In this document: piece after piece, positions 59,333 to 64,000 of the stretch
Numbering within the stretch: the first letter of the stretch is position 1
Layout of the letters: each line of letters opens with the position of its first letter
Source: Patescibacteria group bacterium
GTDB lineage: Bacteria > Patescibacteriota > Patescibacteriia > Magasanikbacterales > GWA2-37-8
Direction: 5' to 3'
Length of the DNA: 64,000 nucleotides
Assembly: GCA_004321885.1 (NCBI GenBank)
Contig: SCQK01000007.1
Span: 64,001 to 128,000, forward strand
Position numbers and translations under genes: made by a program
The notes under the pieces: model-generated
Told to the model about the DNA's origin: nothing
Seen by the model: only the letters and a program-made list of their open reading frames with translations
Databases searched by the model: none

Positions 59333-60862
59333 ATGACTAAAGAACTGCTCTGGGCGGTTATAACCGCTCTAATTACCGGCGCCGGCATCGCGCTCGGCTA
59401 TTTTTTGCGCAAAAAAATCGCCCAGGCCCAGGCCAATTCCATAGAAGCCAAGGCGGAAAAAATTCTGACCGAGGCCAAAACTAAACAACAAGAATTTATC
59501 CTGCAGGCCAAGGAAAAAGCCGAACATATCATAGACGAAGCCAAGCGCGAAGAAAAACAACTCCGCGCCGAATTGCACAACCTGCAACAGCGGCTGGAGC
59601 GGCGCGAAAGCATGTTTGACCAAAAACTTTTGGAATTTCAGGACAAACAGCAAAAGTTGCAGGAAAAGGTGGAGCGCGTCCAGCAGATAAAGCAAGAATT
59701 GGAACGAGCGCGCGAACAGGAAATGGTGAAATTACAGGAGCTGGCCGGCCTGACGCGCGATGAAGCCAAAACCGAATTGCTGAACCGCGTGGAACAGCAA
59801 AGCAAAGACGACCTGATGTTGCGCATAATGAAGCTGGAAAAAGAAAACAACGACGCCTTCCAGGAAAAAGCCAGGGATATAATCACCGAGGCCATTCAAC
59901 GTTGCGCGTCTTCGCACGCGGCCGACATCACTTCCACGACAGTAGCGCTGCCGAGCGAAGACATGAAAGGCCGAATCATCGGCAAGGAAGGCCGCAACAT
60001 CAAGACCATAGAAAAACTGACCGGTTGCGAACTGGTAATAGACGACAGCCCGGACACGATTATGGTTTCGGGCTTCTCGCCCATCCGCCGGCAAATCGCC
60101 AAGCTGGCGCTGGAAAAGCTGATGGCCGACGGCCGCATCCAGCCGGCGCGCATTGAAGAATTTATAGAAAAAGCCAAGCAGGATTTGGCTTTGGACATAA
60201 AAAAGGCGGGCGAAGAGGCCCTGTATAAAATGGGCATCACCGGCATTGACCCCAAACTGGTCGGCATCGTGGGACGGCTGAAATACCGTACCAGCTACGG
60301 CCAAAACATCCTAAACCATTCTATGGAAGTAGGCTACTTGTCGGGCCTTATCGCCAGCGAGCTGGGGCTGGACGCGGCCAAAGCCAAAAAGTGCGGCTTT
60401 TTCCATGACATCGGCAAGTCCGTGGACCAGGAAACCCAGGGCACTCACCCGGAAATCGGCGGGGTTATTCTGAAGAAATTCAACATGGACGAGGACCTGG
60501 TGCAGGCCGCGCAAACCCACCACAACGACAAACCATACAATATCTATTCTTCCATCGTCAAAGCCGCCGATGCCATTTCCGGCGCGCGCGTCGGGGCGCG
60601 CAAAGACAGCTACGAAGCCTTTGTGGCGCGCCTGGAAGAGCTGGAAAAAACCGCCGCGGCTTTTCCGGGCATTGAAAAAGTCTACGCCATTCAGGCCGGA
60701 CGCGAGGTGCGCGTGTTTGTGAAGCCCAATGAAATAGACGACTACTCGGCTTTTCAGCTGGCCAAAGACATTGCCCGCAAGATTGAGCAGGACTTGCAGT
60801 ACCCGGGCGAAATCCGCGTCAGCATTATCCGCGAAACCCGCGTGGTGGAATACGCCAGATAA
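59333..60862 (+). CDS. rny: ribonuclease Y
   Basis: N-terminal TM helix, coiled coil, KH domain, and an HD domain (FFHDIGK). Confidence 0.85.
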   Translation: MTKELLWAVITALITGAGIALGYFLRKKIAQAQANSIEAKAEKILTEAKTKQQEFILQAKEKAEHIIDEAKREEKQLRAELHNLQQRLERRESMFDQKLLEFQDKQQKLQEKVERVQQIKQELERAREQEMVKLQELAGLTRDEAKTELLNRVEQQSKDDLMLRIMKLEKENNDAFQEKARDIITEAIQRCASSHAADITSTTVALPSEDMKGRIIGKEGRNIKTIEKLTGCELVIDDSPDTIMVSGFSPIRRQIAKLALEKLMADGRIQPARIEEFIEKAKQDLALDIKKAGEEALYKMGITGIDPKLVGIVGRLKYRTSYGQNILNHSMEVGYLSGLIASELGLDAAKAKKCGFFHDIGKSVDQETQGTHPEIGGVILKKFNMDEDLVQAAQTHHNDKPYNIYSSIVKAADAISGARVGARKDSYEAFVARLEELEKTAAAFPGIEKVYAIQAGREVRVFVKPNEIDDYSAFQLAKDIARKIEQDLQYPGEIRVSIIRETRVVEYAR

Positions 60863-60984
60863 TCAACTGTCATTTCACGGCCTTTACTGTCATTCCAGCG
60901 CAGGCGGGAATCCACGGTGGTCAAAACAATTATTTTGTGTTAGAGTTATCCATATGCCTAACTTCAACCGAAAGGGGGTGACTT

Positions 60985-61263
60985 ATGAATAAAGCAGAAT
61001 TAGCCCAGAAACTGGCGGAAAAATTGAATGTCGCCAAGAAACAGGCCGAAGATATGTTGAATACTTTCACTGACCTGGTTACCGAAGCGCTCAAAAAAGG
61101 CGAAGAGGTGGTGCTTACTGGTTTCGGCGCTTTCAGCGCCAAACAGCGCGCCGCCCGCCAAGGCGTCAATCCGCAGAACCCTTCGCAGAAAATCAGCATC
61201 CCGGCTGTCACCGTGCCGAAATTCAAAGCCGGCAAGGCCCTGAAAGACGCTTTGAAACAGTGA
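60985..61263 (+). CDS. hup: HU-family DNA-binding protein
   Basis: MNKAELAQKLAEKLN...GFGAFSAKQRAARQGVNPQ. Confidence 0.85.
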   Translation: MNKAELAQKLAEKLNVAKKQAEDMLNTFTDLVTEALKKGEEVVLTGFGAFSAKQRAARQGVNPQNPSQKISIPAVTVPKFKAGKALKDALKQ

Positions 61264-61307
61264 TTATTTTGAGCAAAAAGGCCCCCGCCGCAAACGGAGG
61301 GCTTTAT

Positions 61308-61379
61308 GGCCCCATCGTCTAATGGTTAGGACGCTGCCCTTTCAAGGCGGAAATCCGGGTTCGATTCCCGGTAGGGTCA
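61308..61379 (+). tRNA. tRNA-Glu (anticodon UUC)
   Basis: anticodon loop CTTTCAA; T-arm CCGGGTTCGATTCCCGG; acceptor stem has one C-A mismatch at pair 6; 72 nt, CCA not encoded. Confidence 0.7.
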
Positions 61380-61398
61380 CACACTTCAATACTTCAAA

Positions 61399-61428
61399 TT
61401 GTAAAATTATTGTACAGCTGATATAATA
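61399..61428 (+). promoter_or_regulatory. possible promoter (TTGTAA-17nt-TATAAT)
   Basis: AT-rich hexamers about 30 nt upstream of the 61457 ATG. Confidence 0.35.
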
Positions 61429-61456
61429 CATATATTAATATATCATCAGTACAAAT

Positions 61457-62149
61457 ATGCGCAAGCTAAAAAAACAGCAGGCTATTTTGTTACGGCGACA
61501 AGGAAAAAGCTACAACGAAATAAGGAAGATCCTCGATCTCCCCTCAAAAGGAACACTGAGCGTCTGGTTCAAAGATATGGCGCTGTCGCCGGAAGCCAAA
61601 AAGAGATTGGCACGCAATGTAAATCTGGCGCGCAAACGAGGACTGTTTCGTTTCAATCGAGAACGCACCAAACTTTGTCAGGCCGAAAACAAACGCTTGA
61701 GGAAAGAAGCTCAAAAAGTCATCAGGAAACTTACCCCGCGAGAACTCTTGCTAACTTGTGTGGCCCTTTATTGGGGTGAGGGGTATAAAAGTCACAATCA
61801 GCCGAAATTAAGCCTGACCAATACCGAACCTGAACTCATTGCTTTGTTCATGCGTTTTATCCGCGAAATCCTACGAATTCCGGACGAACGCATTCGCACG
61901 CATATTCATATCCATCCCAACGTTAATATCCAGAGGGCAATAAAATTTTGGTCGCAAGTGACCCGATTGCCAATGGAAAATTTTCGCGTAATAATGGCGG
62001 CAAGTCGTGCTAGCCTAGGTAAACGTCCTGTTAATTCTCTGCCTTACGGAACACTTGATGTTCGTGTGCATGCCAGACAAACTTTTTTTACCATGATGGG
62101 CTATATTGATTCGCTCAAAAAAGAAAGTAAAATTAGCAAAATCCATTAA
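61457..62149 (+). CDS. HTH-containing protein with a possible LAGLIDADG-like endonuclease-type domain
   Basis: N-terminal HTH (LLRRQGKSYNEIRKIL); LYWGEGYKS motif; lies in an AT-rich segment directly 3' of tRNA-Glu. Confidence 0.35.
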   Translation: MRKLKKQQAILLRRQGKSYNEIRKILDLPSKGTLSVWFKDMALSPEAKKRLARNVNLARKRGLFRFNRERTKLCQAENKRLRKEAQKVIRKLTPRELLLTCVALYWGEGYKSHNQPKLSLTNTEPELIALFMRFIREILRIPDERIRTHIHIHPNVNIQRAIKFWSQVTRLPMENFRVIMAASRASLGKRPVNSLPYGTLDVRVHARQTFFTMMGYIDSLKKESKISKIH

Positions 62150-62304
62150 TCGTTTCTGCTATCTATCAGGCATTGGTTGCTCTAGGGAATCGAACGCCGG
62201 AGCGATGTCGCGCGAGCTTGCGGGCGAGCGCGACCGCGAGGCGGTGGCCAGCCCGAGCGAGCGGAAGCGAGCGAGAGGCGAGGCCGATTCCCGTTGGGGC
62301 TACG

Positions 62305-62340
62305 AAAAAATCCCCCCGATTAAATCGGAGGGATTTTTTT
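62305..62340. terminator. bidirectional rho-independent terminator
   Basis: A6-TCCCCCCGATT-AA-ATCGGAGGGAT-T7 between convergent genes. Confidence 0.6.
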
Positions 62341-62351
62341 GCCAGAAATTA

Positions 62352-63332
62352 TTATTGGCAGTTGGCTTTGACCGTCAAACTGTTATCTTCTTTTGTGGTT
62401 TCTTTTATAAAATCGTCTTTTGCCACTTGCACCCCCACATCCGCCCCACAAACCGCTTTCTTCCAGGTAAACTCAAACTCCTGCTTTTGACCAGGCCCCA
62501 GGGCCATAAAAATATAATACCATGTGCTCACATAGCCATTGACATACATGGTCGCGCCCGGTCCTTTTTTAGTGTTAAAATTTAACCCGCCCACGGCGTA
62601 AGCCGCTCCTTCGTTTGTCACGGTCGCGATTACTTTAACTTTTTGGCCTTCGCTAAATTGACTCGGTTCAAACCTGATATCGGTTAAAACCAAATTAGGC
62701 AATAATTCAATTTTGGAGAAATCAACCAAACCGCTTATCAACCTCGCGTACCAAGGCCGCTTCACCGTCGTTATGGCGTTGGTATCGGCCGCGATATCCA
62801 CCCGGCTTTTCACCTTGAAAGGAATAAAACCAAATAGCTTGCCTTCTTCTTCCACCCTGGCTCTATAAATCGGTTTATTATTTTCCACTTTCAATTCCAG
62901 GCCTTTGAGCGCGCCGCCCGGCAACCCCTTCTTTTCCACCACCTTATTTAAACTTTTGTAGACAACGGCCGGCTCCATTTTTAAGGTATAAGTGGCGCTG
63001 TTGATTTCACCGCTCAAAATCAAACTGCCGTTCTTCACGGCTACATCTGTTTCCGCTTCTATGTTTTTCAACTCGGCGCTTTTTAGCTGGTTATCAGACG
63101 GCGTTGGGGACGGCGGCGGATCAGGGTCGCCAAGTTCCGTTAGCAAGGCGGGGTTTGACCGCGCCGCGCCGGGCAATGGCGGCTCCGGCTGAGGATTGAG
63201 CTGATTTCCTTCCACCGGTGCCACGGTCTTGGCCGGCGTTACGGACCGAACCGGAGTGAGATAAACCGCGCTGGCGGCTGACGTCGCGCCAAAAAGCAAT
63301 CCCGCGACAATTAGAACTTGTATTTTATGCAT
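62352..63332 (-). CDS. secreted protein with a C-terminal CARDB-like beta-sandwich domain
   Basis: signal peptide MHKIQVLIVAGLLFGATSAASA; Pro-rich linker; VIATVTNEG...YVNGYV pattern. Confidence 0.45.
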   Translation of the reverse strand: MHKIQVLIVAGLLFGATSAASAVYLTPVRSVTPAKTVAPVEGNQLNPQPEPPLPGAARSNPALLTELGDPDPPPSPTPSDNQLKSAELKNIEAETDVAVKNGSLILSGEINSATYTLKMEPAVVYKSLNKVVEKKGLPGGALKGLELKVENNKPIYRARVEEEGKLFGFIPFKVKSRVDIAADTNAITTVKRPWYARLISGLVDFSKIELLPNLVLTDIRFEPSQFSEGQKVKVIATVTNEGAAYAVGGLNFNTKKGPGATMYVNGYVSTWYYIFMALGPGQKQEFEFTWKKAVCGADVGVQVAKDDFIKETTKEDNSLTVKANCQ

Positions 63333-63540
63333 ACAAAATTATTTAACATTTGCGGAGCGTAAGCATCCGCTATCCGCAGGTATCTTAACACAAATGGATT
63401 AAATACGCTACTTTCAAGTATAACATGGTATAAAAAATTCCGCTGAATGGAGCTTGTGGACTGTTAAAAAAAACTGTAATTGGTCAACAAATAAAAATAG
63501 TGGTATAATATAGAAAATTAATTTAAATAATTAAATTATT

Positions 63541-64000
63541 ATGCCAAAACTAAAACCCCAGCTACTCCTCATTGCTTTAGCAACTATTTTAATATCGTCT
63601 GGTTTTGTTTTTGCGGTAAAAAAAATTCTAACTGTATCTGCAGTCAATAAGACGGCTTCTCTTGCCGAATTTAGCCCTCTTATTCCAACTTCTTCAGCGC
63701 AAGCGGATATCCCCACGGAACAAATACAAAAACTCCAGATTAAGAATTTTAAGAATGGAGCGAAATCTATCGAGCAAGATATTAAAGTGTTAAAAAAACA
63801 ACTATCTGCGTTGGCGCGGCGGAAAGTGGCCATACCATCGTTTTCTCCCGAAGGTATTTCAAATAACTTAACTAAACTGAAAACGCTAATTAAACAAATT
63901 AAAGCCATGCAAAGTTGGGGGGAATTAAATGTGTTAAAGCGGGAGATGAGTGAGCCGATGCGCCAACTATCTATAGATAGCCATCAAGTAGAGGTTTTAG
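63541..64000 (+). CDS. hypothetical membrane-anchored protein (3' partial, runs off the window)
   Basis: ATG preceded by a TGG-TATAAT extended -10 about 35 nt upstream; N-terminal TM helix; the ORF is open to the window end. Confidence 0.4.
   Translation, partial: MPKLKPQLLLIALATILISSGFVFAVKKILTVSAVNKTASLAEFSPLIPTSSAQADIPTEQIQKLQIKNFKNGAKSIEQDIKVLKKQLSALARRKVAIPSFSPEGISNNLTKLKTLIKQIKAMQSWGELNVLKREMSEPMRQLSIDSHQVEVL

Noticed and set aside
62170-62310. tRNA-like GTTCGATTCC T-loop motif on the minus strand
   Set aside because: No complementary T-stem or acceptor stem could be built around it; the surrounding sequence is a GCGAG-rich low-complexity patch.

Overview
The window is gene-dense with small intergenic gaps. 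By inference it looks like a reduced-genome, CPR/Patescibacteria-like bacterium, with core genes at about 45-50% GC and several much GC-richer inserts. Recognisable core genes, mostly on the minus strand, are groES/groEL, nusA, yidC, leuS, infB, trxA, prfB, rsmA, tsaC, rny and hup, an IMPase-family gene, an L,D-transpeptidase and an O-antigen-ligase-like gene. Two tRNAs are present, Ser-GCU and Glu-UUC. Accessory content:

1. A high-GC integrated island sits beside tRNA-Ser and carries a large serine recombinase and an amidase-domain lipoprotein.
2. A long minus-strand locus (7.5-23.4 kb) encodes VirB4-like, PrgI-like and VirB6/TrbL-like type-IV-secretion/competence-like proteins plus ComFC. 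Embedded in it are an EamA transporter joined to a riboflavin-kinase domain, a NYN-domain gene flanked by 115-bp direct repeats, and four uncharacterised proteins.
3. An 8.2-kb gene encodes a 2728-aa secreted Cys-rich giant protein. Downstream lie partial orphan copies of its 3' end at about 90-95% nucleotide identity, an IS1595-family transposase remnant, tandem HEPN/MNT modules, and an inverted-duplicated promoter + structured leader + high-GC lipoprotein module.
4. comEC is split by an intervening methyltransferase gene.
5. Several families of short palindromic repeats, many with GTCAT...ATGAC termini or a CCCTCCCC..GGGGAGGG stem, occur in intergenic 5' regions. Unusually, they are also inserted in-frame into essential genes (leuS, comEC, rsmA, tsaC, comFC and others).

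A small GC-rich promoter-to-terminator unit between the IMPase gene and trxA, and covarying long hairpins flanking trxA, are candidate RNA elements. No rRNA or CRISPR array was found.
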